This document shows positions 26,965 through 37,489 of a stretch of DNA of 64,000 nucleotides, one piece after another. The position numbers were made by a program, and so were the translations under genes. Position 1 is the first letter of the stretch. Every line of letters starts with the position of its first letter. The notes below the pieces were generated by a model. The model did no database searches and was not told where the DNA came from. It saw nothing but the letters and a program-made list of their open reading frames with translations. Origin of the DNA: Candidatus Omnitrophota bacterium (GTDB lineage Bacteria; Ratteibacteria; UBA8468; B48-G9; JAFGKM01); NCBI GenBank assembly GCA_023819375.1, contig JAMWDI010000004.1, forward strand, positions 130,190 through 194,189, read 5' to 3'.

Positions 26965-28635
26965 GTGATGAAAGTTTGTAAAAGTTTGATATTTTTTTTA
27001 ATTTCTTCTTTTATTTTTTGTGAAATAATAAATATTAAAGAAATTGGAGTAAAAGGAGATGGGACAGATGAAACAGAAATGGTTCAGAAAATTTTTAATG
27101 AAGTAAAAGATGGAACAGGTATATATTTTCCTGCAGGTAAATATTGTATAAGAGCAGTAAAAATAGAAGACAAAAAAGGGCTAAAAATTTTTGGAGACGG
27201 AAGCCAATCACAGATAATTTGTGCCAAAAAAGAAGAACCAAATACTCATATTTTTGATTTTATTGATTGTGATGATCTTACAATTGAAAATTTAACTTTT
27301 GATACATCTGGAGTAGAAAAATTTGGAGGGATAGGGATTTATGGTGGAGATAGAATTAGAATTATAAATAATAGATTTACAGACCCTTTACTTATAGAAT
27401 CTCTTGCAGAAAAAGGACCAATGACAGATAGATATGCTCTTTTAGCAATTGGCTGTAGAAACTTTTATTTTATAGGAAATATAGTTGAAAATTTACAAGT
27501 AGAATTTAACCATATAAAGAGTGGATTTTTTCTTAACAACAAAATTTATAATCCAATACATATGGGATTTGTTACAGCAACTACAACAAGAGGGGCATAT
27601 TTAGAAGATGTAATAATATCAAACAATATAATTGAAAATCCTTTGGGATATGCAATTGGAGCAGGTTATGATCCTTCATATGAAAATATAAAAATTAAAA
27701 ATATTATAATATCAAATAATATAATCAAATGTAGACCAAGAATAACAACAGATAATTTTGGAATTTTTTTAGGTACAAGACCTGGTATTAAATTGCGTGC
27801 TAAAAATTGTTTTTGGCAGAATATTCAGATTGTAAATAATCTTATAATTTACTACCCTTTAAATAATCTAAATTCTGAATTTGGGGGAATTATGCTTTCT
27901 CAACCTGAGGGAACAGATATTTATTTTGAGAATGTTGTTATTAAAGGAAATCAGATTCTTTTTAATGGGAAAGTTGATCATAAATCTAAAGTTGTATACA
28001 AATATTCCGATGGAAGACTGGTAGCAGAATATCCTTTTTGGAGAGAAGGATTTTGTGGAATATATGGATATAAAATAAAAAATTCATTGATAGAAGGGAA
28101 TTTCATAAGAGGGTTTCCTATAGGTATACATCTAAAGAATATTGAAAATTTGACTATTTACAATAATGTTGCTTTAAATCAAACAGAATTTGGATATATA
28201 ATTGAAATTTCAAATGGTAATAATATTTTTAAAGAAAATATATTTATAGGAGATATTAAGGATCCGATCAAAGTCAAGGATATTAAAGAAACAGATACAA
28301 TTGCTCAGTCTATCGTTAAGAATACTAAAATAGACAATATGTTTGATTATTTATTGCCATGGCCTTTATTTGAAGAAAAGAAAGAATTTCAAGAAGGGAT
28401 GATCGGAGAAATAGAGATGATTGGAGAAATAATAGATTTTTTACCTTCTGCTGATTGTATTATATTTAAAAGAGAAGATGGTCAGATTATGAATTTAAGA
28501 ATATCTCCGTGGAAAAGAAAATATGCTGCAAGAAAGGGGATAAAGAAATGTAAAATAATTTGTGAGAAAATACTTCCTTCTGAAGAAATCAGGATTAAAA
28601 AGATTGAAAGTTTAAACGGTGAAATTGTTAAGTGA
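26965..28635 (+). CDS. Secreted right-handed parallel beta-helix protein (pectate lyase 3-like N-terminus)
   Basis: Signal peptide, NIKEIGVKGDGTDET...IYFPAGKY, repeated IxNNxI beta-helix coils. Confidence 0.75.
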   Translation: MMKVCKSLIFFLISSFIFCEIINIKEIGVKGDGTDETEMVQKIFNEVKDGTGIYFPAGKYCIRAVKIEDKKGLKIFGDGSQSQIICAKKEEPNTHIFDFIDCDDLTIENLTFDTSGVEKFGGIGIYGGDRIRIINNRFTDPLLIESLAEKGPMTDRYALLAIGCRNFYFIGNIVENLQVEFNHIKSGFFLNNKIYNPIHMGFVTATTTRGAYLEDVIISNNIIENPLGYAIGAGYDPSYENIKIKNIIISNNIIKCRPRITTDNFGIFLGTRPGIKLRAKNCFWQNIQIVNNLIIYYPLNNLNSEFGGIMLSQPEGTDIYFENVVIKGNQILFNGKVDHKSKVVYKYSDGRLVAEYPFWREGFCGIYGYKIKNSLIEGNFIRGFPIGIHLKNIENLTIYNNVALNQTEFGYIIEISNGNNIFKENIFIGDIKDPIKVKDIKETDTIAQSIVKNTKIDNMFDYLLPWPLFEEKKEFQEGMIGEIEMIGEIIDFLPSADCIIFKREDGQIMNLRISPWKRKYAARKGIKKCKIICEKILPSEEIRIKKIESLNGEIVK

Positions 28636-28976
28636 TATGCAAATTAATTTTTTCTATACTTTTTTGAAATGTCTTTAGATACAAAGAACTGTTCTATTAA
28701 ACCACCTCTATTTATTGTAACCCAGTAAAGTAAAAACCAGAAAGAATATTGATATAATAGTGATTGGATTTGAAGATTACAGAGAACCAACAAAAAAGAA
28801 TTTATTAATTATTTGAAAGAAATTGGTAAAAATGATATTGCATAAAAAGTTGAAGAAAATAGAATACCTGAACCTTCATACAGTTGGGATTTTTATGAGG
28901 AATAAAAGATAATATCTAATCAACAAGACGATTTTTTAAATACCAAAGAAAATCATTATATTTTCTCCAAAAAAAT

Positions 28977-29005
28977 TTGACAAATTTATTAATACGTGTT
29001 AGTTT
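28977..29005 (+). promoter_or_regulatory. Leaderless promoter with LacI-type operator in the spacer
   Basis: TTGACA (28977-28982), 17 bp, TGT-TAGTTT (extended -10, 29000-29005); ATG 6 nt later; imperfect palindrome TTAATACGTGTTAG (28989-29002) with central CG. Confidence 0.6.
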
Positions 29006-29011
29006 ATTAAC

Positions 29012-30052
29012 ATGAGAGAAGTTACAATGAAAGATATTGCAAAAAAAGCAGGAGTTTCATATACAACTGTTTCTCTTACACTTAATGGGAAGGGGGATTT
29101 ATATAAAATCAAGAAGAAAACACAGGATAAAATTTTCAGGATTGCAAAAGAATTAAACTATAAAGGAAATATTTATGCAAGTTATTTAAGAAAAAGAAGA
29201 AGTAATTTTGTTGGAATAGTTGGTTCTACATATAATGTTCCAGTAAGGCAATATAGACAAAATTTAATTGCAGAAAAACTTAAAAGAATGGGATTTGATA
29301 TAATTATTCAGGATTTTCACTGGAGAAAGGATAGTTATATCTCGCTTATAGATGAAGTTTTAAAATTTAAACCAATAGGGCTTATAATTTCGGAACCAGA
29401 TGATCTTTCTTTGATGTACTATTTAAAGGATATAAAAAAATGGATTCCTGTAATTTTAATAGATGGACCTGAATATGATGGATTTGACCAGATTAGAATT
29501 GACAGAGAAAAAATTCCTTATATTGCAGTTCATCATTTGTGGAAAAGTGGATATAAAAATATTTATTTTACAATTCCATTTACTAAGGTAATATCCTATT
29601 GGGCAATAAAGGAAAGATATATGGGTTTTAAAAGGGCTTTTGAAGAAATTTTTGGTAAAAATAATGGAATAGAAAAGAATATGCTTTGGATAGATGAAAG
29701 TATTCAAAATCCTTATATGATAGGTTATAAAATAGCAGAGAAATATTTTGAAAAGTTCAAAAAAGATACAGGAATTGTTGCTTTAAATGACCAGATTGCA
29801 ATTGGAATTATGAAAAATTTACTTGAAAAAAATAAAAAAATTCCAGAAGAGATTGGCATTGTTGGAAGTGAAAATTTACCAGAAGGAGAATTTGTTATAA
29901 TTCCTCTTACTACAATAAGTTTTTCAATTGATAAATTAGTTGATAATGTGATTGAAATATTTTTGAAAAGAATAAATGGAGATAATAAGGATGTATTTAA
30001 AATAAAAATAAAACCAGAGATAATAATAAGAAAATCCACAGAAAGGAGGTGA
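29012..30052 (+). CDS. LacI-family transcriptional regulator
   Basis: [49 protein letters not shown]. Confidence 0.93.
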   Translation: MREVTMKDIAKKAGVSYTTVSLTLNGKGDLYKIKKKTQDKIFRIAKELNYKGNIYASYLRKRRSNFVGIVGSTYNVPVRQYRQNLIAEKLKRMGFDIIIQDFHWRKDSYISLIDEVLKFKPIGLIISEPDDLSLMYYLKDIKKWIPVILIDGPEYDGFDQIRIDREKIPYIAVHHLWKSGYKNIYFTIPFTKVISYWAIKERYMGFKRAFEEIFGKNNGIEKNMLWIDESIQNPYMIGYKIAEKYFEKFKKDTGIVALNDQIAIGIMKNLLEKNKKIPEEIGIVGSENLPEGEFVIIPLTTISFSIDKLVDNVIEIFLKRINGDNKDVFKIKIKPEIIIRKSTERR

Positions 30053-30056
30053 AAAA

Positions 30057-30800
30057 ATGAGAAAGAATGGTTTCACTTTAATAGAATTACTTGTTGTAGT
30101 AGCAATAATTACAATTCTTGCTGCAATGCTTTTACCTGCATTAAGTAGAGCAAGGGAAAATGCAAGGAGAAGTGTATGTTTAAATAATTTAAAACAGATA
30201 GGTCTTGCAATTCATATGTATGCGCAGGATTACGATGACAATCTACCAACAAGATTGCCTCCACCTAGTTATGATGGACATGCTTTATGGTCAGGTAATG
30301 GTTATTATTGTGCACTTGGATTATTATTTCAAGGATATAGAGAATATGGAAAAGGTAAATATATTGCAGGGCCTGAGACATTTATATGTCCAAGTGCAAG
30401 AAAGACTTGGTCTTCTTTTGCTACTTTAAGAGGAATTAAAAATAATTTTGAAGTTGTAGGCCCTAATAAAGATGCAAGAGCAAATTATTCATATAATATC
30501 TCTAACATAATTTATGCTCCACCTGGATTTGCTTCTTGGGCTACTGTATATGGAAAATTATCAAGAGCAGTTGGAACTTCATATGCCTGTGCCGCTGATG
30601 CATTTAGTGTTGATTATGGATGGTTAAATCATCCTGATCCTAAAGATATTGGGCTTCCAGTTGGCTTTAATGTTTTATTATGGGATGGAAGTGTAAAGTG
30701 GATAGATGATAGGCATCATATTGTCTGTAATAGAAGTTCTTCAAATAGAAAACATAATCTTAATTTGTATTCTGATTTCTGGAGTTTTAAATTCAGATGA
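30057..30800 (+). CDS. Prepilin-like DUF1559/H-X9-DG protein
   Basis: G|[21 protein letters not shown]...[11 protein letters not shown]. Confidence 0.9.
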   Translation: MRKNGFTLIELLVVVAIITILAAMLLPALSRARENARRSVCLNNLKQIGLAIHMYAQDYDDNLPTRLPPPSYDGHALWSGNGYYCALGLLFQGYREYGKGKYIAGPETFICPSARKTWSSFATLRGIKNNFEVVGPNKDARANYSYNISNIIYAPPGFASWATVYGKLSRAVGTSYACAADAFSVDYGWLNHPDPKDIGLPVGFNVLLWDGSVKWIDDRHHIVCNRSSSNRKHNLNLYSDFWSFKFR

Positions 30801-31561
30801 TAAAAAAATTTACTTTTATATTTTTTACTTTTATCTTACTTTGCTTTTGTGAAAATGGCAGAATAATTTATAAAGGGGAAGGTATCTTTTCCTTTGAAGA
30901 ATTAACAGTTGAGATGTGGATAAAATTTAATTTTGATCCTAATGAAAAAACTGATAAAGTCTGGATACCAAAGGGTTCTATTTTAAATTTTGAAATACCT
31001 GAAGAAAAAACAATTTTTTCAATAAGTTGTGGACTTAAGGCAGGGAGAAAAGGGGAAGAGGACTCAAGATGTTATTTAAGAATTGGGTTTTGTATAGAAG
31101 GGAAAGAAATACCATATCCTGTTCTTATTGATTGTTCTAATTTTAGCAATAACTGGCATCATATAGCAATTTTATGGCAGGAGGGTAAAAAATTAACTAT
31201 TTATATTGATGGAAATGAAATTTTAAAGAGTTCATTACAGGAAAAAATTAAGAAAGATTTTGTAGGAAAATCAAAATTAATAATAGGAACTCCTCTTGTC
31301 TGGTTTTACGAAAATCAAATTGAAATAGATGAAATAAGGATATCTTCAATTGCAAGAAAGAAAGAGGAACTCTCAATTTATAAAAATATTATTGACCCAT
31401 ATGTTCTTTTTTATGAGAATTTTGAAAATATCAAAGAAGAAAATGGAGAAATTTTTACAGAACCATATATTGTGTCAATTGAAAGTAAAGGAAAATATAA
31501 AATAGAAAATGGAAAAATTGTTGAAGGCAAATTTGGAAAAGGATATTTATTTTCCAAATAG
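30797..31561 (+). CDS. Secreted LamG/concanavalin A-like domain protein
   Basis: Signal peptide, [35 protein letters not shown]. Confidence 0.75.
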   Translation: MIKKFTFIFFTFILLCFCENGRIIYKGEGIFSFEELTVEMWIKFNFDPNEKTDKVWIPKGSILNFEIPEEKTIFSISCGLKAGRKGEEDSRCYLRIGFCIEGKEIPYPVLIDCSNFSNNWHHIAILWQEGKKLTIYIDGNEILKSSLQEKIKKDFVGKSKLIIGTPLVWFYENQIEIDEIRISSIARKKEELSIYKNIIDPYVLFYENFENIKEENGEIFTEPYIVSIESKGKYKIENGKIVEGKFGKGYLFSK

Positions 31562-31570
31562 GGGGATTGA

Positions 31571-34500
31571 ATGAGGAAATTTTTTATTTTGTTTTTAATT
31601 TGTTCCTTCTTTTCTTTTTCTTATGTTAAAAAATATGAAGAAATTGAAAAAGATGAATTTATTACATATAGATACCCAGTTATTAGAATACCATATGTTG
31701 AGAAAAAACCAGTTATAGATGGTATTGTAGATAAAGAAGAATGGGGAAATTTTGCTTTACTTTCACCTTTGATATCTTTACAAACAGGGAAAATGGTTGA
31801 TGGGATTGGGAATATTTATGCTGGATATGATAATGAAAATATTTATTTTGCCTTTCAATTTGGTAGACCTACTTATGCAGGTGAGCCAATTGCAGGTGAT
31901 GAACCGTTAAATGTTTGGGCAGATGATTGCATAGAATTTTTTATTAGACCTATTTTTGGAGAAAAATGGGAATATTCATTTGTTGGGAATGTTAAAAGTA
32001 TTTATGAAGAGGGAAAAAGAACACATTCAACAGATAAAAAATGGAAAATAAAATGGAATTTCAAGGCAAGAAAAACTGATTTTGGTTGGGAAGGTGAAAT
32101 GGAGATACCCTTAAAGGATATAGGGATAGAAAAAATTGAAAAAGGGAAAGTTATTGAAATAGCACCAACAAATAATCAAAAATCTCCAGTCGTAATGCAA
32201 TCTTGTTGGACTTATTTAAGAGACTGGTTTAGTCATTATGATTTTGGATATTTAATTTTAGGTGATAAGATACCATCTATAAGAATTTTGAAAGTAGGAG
32301 AGATAGATAAAAATCAGATAGGAGTTTTAATTGAAATTTCAAATTTTACAGATAAAAAATTTAATTATGATATTGAAATCTTTCTTTATAAACCTCTTTT
32401 GGAAGGATTAAATTATTTTAAATTTGTTGATGAAACATCAAATCCACTTGGAGCGCAGGCAGAAGTGGAACCAGAGACGGAAGCAAAGGATGTAATTTGT
32501 GAAGTAATGAAAAAATTGGAAGTTATTAAAGAATATAGAAAAAGTATAGAAATTGGAGAGAATTCTTCGGTAAGAATACCATTTTTATATGACTTTGAGG
32601 GAAAAGGTGATTTTGTTATTTACTATAAAATAAAGGATAAAAATGAGAATAAAATAATTGCATCATCAGCAATTCCATTTGAAAAAAAGTTACCTTTGAC
32701 AATTAAAATAATACCTTATATCTTATCTAAAGGTATTCTCGAAACTACAGTTGAATATTCAAAATTGAAAATAGATGAAAATTTTAATATAGAAATTTCT
32801 CTTATTGATGATGGAAAAACCCTGAAAAAATTAGAAAAAAAGGTTGATATTGAAAATCAAAAAAGTATATTTGAAATTCCTGTTAAAGATTTAATTCCAA
32901 AAAGTTATAAAATAAAATGTCAAATAAAAGATGAAGACAAAATCAAAGGCGAAATAGAGGAAATTTATAATATCCCACCCATTCCTGAATGGTGGGATAA
33001 TAAATTTGGTTATCCCGAAGTTTATGATGTAGTTCCAGAACCATGGAAACCTATGGAAAAAAAGAAAAATGGATTTAGTGTATGGAATAGAGAAATTATT
33101 TTTGATGAAATTAATGAAATAAAAAGTATAAAGAATTCTGGTAAAGAAATGCTAACAGGGCCAATAAGATTAAATTTTGAATTTTCTGATCCTTTTGAAT
33201 TTGGCAGAACAGAATGTATTGAAAGCAAAAAAACAAAGATAACATATAAAAAGGAATTTAAAAATGAAAAGCTAAAAGGGAAAATAATTCTTGAAAATGA
33301 ATTTGATGGATTTATGAAATATACACTTCTAATTGAACCCAAAGAAAAAATTGAGATAAAAAATCTTTTATTTGAAATACCATTAAAAAGGGAAATTGCT
33401 GAATATTACCAGAGAGGAAGCGTTGGGACACCATCTTCCTATCATGAAAGTTTAAAAGATCATAAAGATTATGGAAAAATACCAGAAAAAGGATTTAAGT
33501 TGCCTTTTGTTGAAGAAATATGGATAGGTAATGAAGAAATGGGAATAGAATATGTATGTGAAACAGATCAAAATTTTTCAAATTTAAATGATAAAGAAGT
33601 GGTTGAAGTTAAAGTTGATGGGAAAAATGTTATTTTAAAAATAAATTTTGTTAATAAACCAAAAGTTATAGAAAAACCTATTACATATCAATGGGCAATA
33701 ATACCTACACCTGTAAAACCCATGAACAAAGAGTTTTTGCATAATCTATATTTAACCCAATCTGGATTTTCAATAGAAAAAACTCTTGATAAAATACCGG
33801 AAACTACTTTTAGATTTATTGATGCAATTGTTGAGGGGGGAGCAAATGCTTTTTGTCAATGGGCCTGGAATAATCCTGAAAGTGTTTGGAATATAGATTT
33901 TGGTGCACCTGGATATAGGCCAACCGAAGAGAATAAGAAAAGAGAAAAGTTGTTTAGAGAAATTATTGACTATGCCCACAAGAAAGGAATTAAATGGGTT
34001 ATAATTTATGCAATATGGAATACATATCCTGATTGGCCAAATTTAAAAAATTATTGGGAAGAAACTGCTTTATATCCACTTTTACCAGGTTTTGGCGCTT
34101 ATATGTATTGTCCTCAAAAGCCATTTAGCGATTGGTATATTTATACTTTAAAAGAAACAATTGAAAAATTAAATATAGATGGTGTATATCTTGATAGTTC
34201 TGCACATCCAAGATTATGCACAAATATCCATCATGGTTGTGGATACATAGATGAAGATGGTAAAGTTCATGGAACATATCCAATATTTGCAACAAGAGAA
34301 TTTCATAAAAGGATTTATTTTTTATTTCATGGTGGATTGAAAAAAAATGGACTTGTATATGCTCACAATTCTCATTTTATTTATGCCTGTATTGAATCAT
34401 TTGTAGATGTTCATCATTGTGGAGAAGGTTCAACATTAACAAGAGATATTTTAATTCCAAAATTTTATGGATATCCTTTTGGAATACCTGTAAGTTTTAC

Positions 34501-35020
34501 AAGATGGAATAATCCTGTCTATCCTGAGACAAGAATGAATTCCTGGAGGTTTGTTTTACAATGTGATTCAACGATCAAAAGTCATCCTTCAATGATAATA
34601 AGTAAGAATATTTTTCCTGAGTATAAAGGTTTTGGTAGGGAATACTATATTAAACTTGGTTATGACACAAAAGGGGAGGTTGTTTATAAAATATGGCAAC
34701 TTTACAAAAAATTTGATTTTGAAAATTCTATATGGATACCAAATTGGAAAATTGAGAAATATGCGAAAGTGGAAGATCCTGATATATGGATATGTATGCA
34801 TTTAAATAAAGGTAAGGAAGCGATAGTTGTTGTATCTTCTTTTAAAGATGAAAATTTTGATGGATTTATTGAATTTAACTGGAAAGAGATGGGATTTGAA
34901 TATCCAAAATTTAAAATAATTGACTGGATAATAGACCAGGAAATAAAACCAGAGGAAAAGGGTGTAAAATTAAATGTAAAAGAAAAACTGTTTAGAGTAT
35001 TTTATATATCAAAAGATTGA
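31571..35020 (+). CDS. Large secreted putative glycoside hydrolase (CBM9-like N-terminal domain plus DUF6067-like TIM barrel)
   Basis: Signal peptide; PVIDGIVDKEEW...YDNENIYFAF...WADDCIEFF...WEGEMEIP (CBM9-like); C-terminal DGVYLD...C..HGCGY...REFHKR. Confidence 0.6.
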   Translation: MRKFFILFLICSFFSFSYVKKYEEIEKDEFITYRYPVIRIPYVEKKPVIDGIVDKEEWGNFALLSPLISLQTGKMVDGIGNIYAGYDNENIYFAFQFGRPTYAGEPIAGDEPLNVWADDCIEFFIRPIFGEKWEYSFVGNVKSIYEEGKRTHSTDKKWKIKWNFKARKTDFGWEGEMEIPLKDIGIEKIEKGKVIEIAPTNNQKSPVVMQSCWTYLRDWFSHYDFGYLILGDKIPSIRILKVGEIDKNQIGVLIEISNFTDKKFNYDIEIFLYKPLLEGLNYFKFVDETSNPLGAQAEVEPETEAKDVICEVMKKLEVIKEYRKSIEIGENSSVRIPFLYDFEGKGDFVIYYKIKDKNENKIIASSAIPFEKKLPLTIKIIPYILSKGILETTVEYSKLKIDENFNIEISLIDDGKTLKKLEKKVDIENQKSIFEIPVKDLIPKSYKIKCQIKDEDKIKGEIEEIYNIPPIPEWWDNKFGYPEVYDVVPEPWKPMEKKKNGFSVWNREIIFDEINEIKSIKNSGKEMLTGPIRLNFEFSDPFEFGRTECIESKKTKITYKKEFKNEKLKGKIILENEFDGFMKYTLLIEPKEKIEIKNLLFEIPLKREIAEYYQRGSVGTPSSYHESLKDHKDYGKIPEKGFKLPFVEEIWIGNEEMGIEYVCETDQNFSNLNDKEVVEVKVDGKNVILKINFVNKPKVIEKPITYQWAIIPTPVKPMNKEFLHNLYLTQSGFSIEKTLDKIPETTFRFIDAIVEGGANAFCQWAWNNPESVWNIDFGAPGYRPTEENKKREKLFREIIDYAHKKGIKWVIIYAIWNTYPDWPNLKNYWEETALYPLLPGFGAYMYCPQKPFSDWYIYTLKETIEKLNIDGVYLDSSAHPRLCTNIHHGCGYIDEDGKVHGTYPIFATREFHKRIYFLFHGGLKKNGLVYAHNSHFIYACIESFVDVHHCGEGSTLTRDILIPKFYGYPFGIPVSFTRWNNPVYPETRMNSWRFVLQCDSTIKSHPSMIISKNIFPEYKGFGREYYIKLGYDTKGEVVYKIWQLYKKFDFENSIWIPNWKIEKYAKVEDPDIWICMHLNKGKEAIVVVSSFKDENFDGFIEFNWKEMGFEYPKFKIIDWIIDQEIKPEEKGVKLNVKEKLFRVFYISKD

Positions 35021-35029
35021 ATTTAAATT

Positions 35030-36385
35030 TCAATAATAACCTTCTTGTTCTTTAAGAATTTTTTGAATTTTTTTTACATCTATTTTATCAATTGGAACAT
35101 CTTTATCAAGAGAAATATATCCTGCAATTCCACCTGCATGCCCAATTGCCATACAGGTAGCCATAACTCTTATTGAAGCCATTGCTTTATGTTCTGCTGA
35201 AATACATCTTCCAACAACGATTAAATTTTTTGAACCCTCAGGGATTAGACATTTATAAGGTATACTGAAATAATCATTTTCAAGAGGTCCTAATTTTCTT
35301 TTTGTAGGTAAATAATCTCTAAATTTTTCTAAAGCAATACAATATTCTTTTGTAGAACACTCTTTTGTACATAAATGGACATTATCTTTCGTTCTTCCAA
35401 GAGGACAATGTATATCTATCCAGTAGGTCCCTCTACCTATACTATCTTCTGTCTTTTTGCCCTCTATTATATCTTGTTCTGTCAGAGTATATAAGCCCTT
35501 AATTTGCCTTGTTTCTCTTGCTCCTATATTTGTTGGTAAACATGAAATATATGAATTTTCAAATCCAGTTACATTTTCTTTTAAAAATTTCCAATATTTA
35601 TAAATTTGATCCCTTAAAAAGATTTCTCCATAAGTTAAATCAAAAACATCTGTTCCATCTCCACTATATCTTAATACATTGAAACTTCTTTCTCCTTTTC
35701 TAATAGTACTTCCTTTTCCTCCAAGTTCTTCATTATAAATTTTCAATTCACCTTTTTCTCTAAGTTTTCTTAATTTTTCCTTTGCTTCTTCAACAATTCT
35801 TTTCGTAATTTTATCCTCGTCAATCCCGGCAATTTTAAAAATACATCCAAGTGCCTGTGTTTTTCCATCAAAAAATCTACCTTTTACACATTTAAATCCG
35901 GATAAATAGGCAATATCAGCATCTCCTGTTGCATCAATGAATATTTTCCCTTTAATTTTCATTTTTCCACTTTTATTTACAACTTCTATTTCTTTTATTT
36001 CACCATTTTCAACTATAGAACTACAAACAAAAGAGTGGTACAAAATTTCCACTTTTTCTTCAAGTAATAATTTTTCACAGGATATTTTTAAAATTTCAGA
36101 ATCAAATGGTATTCCCCCTTTTTTATATGCAGTATCCCATTTTTCACATCCACCAAATTTATTGGTTTTTTCAATTAAAAATTTTAAAAATCCACCCACT
36201 GCAGGTTCTCTTTCATTCAAATAATGCCCCAAAATACTTCCAACAAGCCCATTTGTTGCCATTCCTCCTAAAAATCCATATCTTTCTATAAGTAAAACTT
36301 TTGCTCCAAGTTTAGCACAAGCCCAAGCAGAAGCCATTCCTGAAGGACCCCCTCCAACAACAATAATATCTCTTTCTATTACCAT
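35030..36385 (-). CDS. FAD-dependent oxidoreductase (FAD_oxidored type)
   Basis: DIIVVGGGPSG, LGGMATNG, IDATGDAD, GARETRQI, IPYKCLIP..NLIVVGRCIS. Confidence 0.9.
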   Translation of the reverse strand: MVIERDIIVVGGGPSGMASAWACAKLGAKVLLIERYGFLGGMATNGLVGSILGHYLNEREPAVGGFLKFLIEKTNKFGGCEKWDTAYKKGGIPFDSEILKISCEKLLLEEKVEILYHSFVCSSIVENGEIKEIEVVNKSGKMKIKGKIFIDATGDADIAYLSGFKCVKGRFFDGKTQALGCIFKIAGIDEDKITKRIVEEAKEKLRKLREKGELKIYNEELGGKGSTIRKGERSFNVLRYSGDGTDVFDLTYGEIFLRDQIYKYWKFLKENVTGFENSYISCLPTNIGARETRQIKGLYTLTEQDIIEGKKTEDSIGRGTYWIDIHCPLGRTKDNVHLCTKECSTKEYCIALEKFRDYLPTKRKLGPLENDYFSIPYKCLIPEGSKNLIVVGRCISAEHKAMASIRVMATCMAIGHAGGIAGYISLDKDVPIDKIDVKKIQKILKEQEGYY

Positions 36386-36547
36386 TTTTTAAAATTTTAA
36401 AATTTTTAAATGATACAACTTATTTCAAAAAAAATCAATAGAGGAAAAAAGAATTAAGAGAAATATCATAAGTATTTTAACTCTAATCCAGCATTCTTCT
36501 ATAAGCACAGATTACATTTTTCTTTATTGCTTTTACCTTTTATTAAG

Positions 36548-37489
36548 TTATAAATTATATTTCCCACAATTTGAACCAATTCTGCCGAGAAGTTTTCCAT
36601 TTTCATAAATATTGACAAGTTCACAATTATTTGTGCATTTATCACAAATAGTTGTTTCTGTTGAATAATCTTTTTCTAAAAATTCATATCCTTTAAATTT
36701 AAAATTACTATTTTCTTTCTCTAAAGATAAAATTGCAACACCAATTGCTCCTATTAAAAAACTATATTCTGGAACATAAACTTTTTCTCCAAGATAATCT
36801 TCTATTGCTTTTACTATTGCTTTGTTTTTACTTACACCACCGCAGAAAACATAAGGTGGAAAGATAGATTTTCCTTTAGCAAGCATACTAAAATAATTTC
36901 TTACAAGGGCATAGGCAACTCCCATTAGAATATCTTCCTTTTTAAAACCAAGATTTATTTTACTAACACAACAGGATGTTCCAAAAACAGCACATTTGCC
37001 ACTTATATTGGCAGGAGATTTACTTTTTAATGCATAATCTGAAAATTCTTCTACTTTTATTCCCAATCTTGCAGAAACATTTTCTATATATGCTCCACAA
37101 TTAGCAGAACATATTGTATTCATCGCAAAATCAACAAGAACACCATTTTTTATAATTAAGATTTTGCTATCTTCAAAACCCATTTCAAAACAAGTTGCAT
37201 TTTCAGGAAAATAATTCATAACTCCAATTGCTGTTGCAGTTATTTCAGTTGTTGTAATATTTGAAGAAAGCAAAATTGAACCAAGTTTTCTCCCAGCCCC
37301 TATAATTCCACAAGAGATAATAGTTACATTTTTATTTCTATCAAATAATTCCTTTAATGCTTTTTTAAGTGTTTCAATTATTCCCAAGTTTCTCGTATAA
37401 ATAAAATCAACAACTTCCTTTTTCTTATTTATTAAAACACATTTAATTGTTCCATTACCAATATCTATACCAAGTGCAAGTTTCTCCAT
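36548..37489 (-). CDS. Acyl-CoA dehydratase activase-like ASKHA ATPase (HgdC/BadF family), divergent
   Basis: LGIDIG...K, EITATA, EDSK, DFAMNTIC, KCAVF, GGVSKN, GAIGVA, C-terminal CDKCTNNC. Confidence 0.8.
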   Translation of the reverse strand: MEKLALGIDIGNGTIKCVLINKKKEVVDFIYTRNLGIIETLKKALKELFDRNKNVTIISCGIIGAGRKLGSILLSSNITTTEITATAIGVMNYFPENATCFEMGFEDSKILIIKNGVLVDFAMNTICSANCGAYIENVSARLGIKVEEFSDYALKSKSPANISGKCAVFGTSCCVSKINLGFKKEDILMGVAYALVRNYFSMLAKGKSIFPPYVFCGGVSKNKAIVKAIEDYLGEKVYVPEYSFLIGAIGVAILSLEKENSNFKFKGYEFLEKDYSTETTICDKCTNNCELVNIYENGKLLGRIGSNCGKYNL

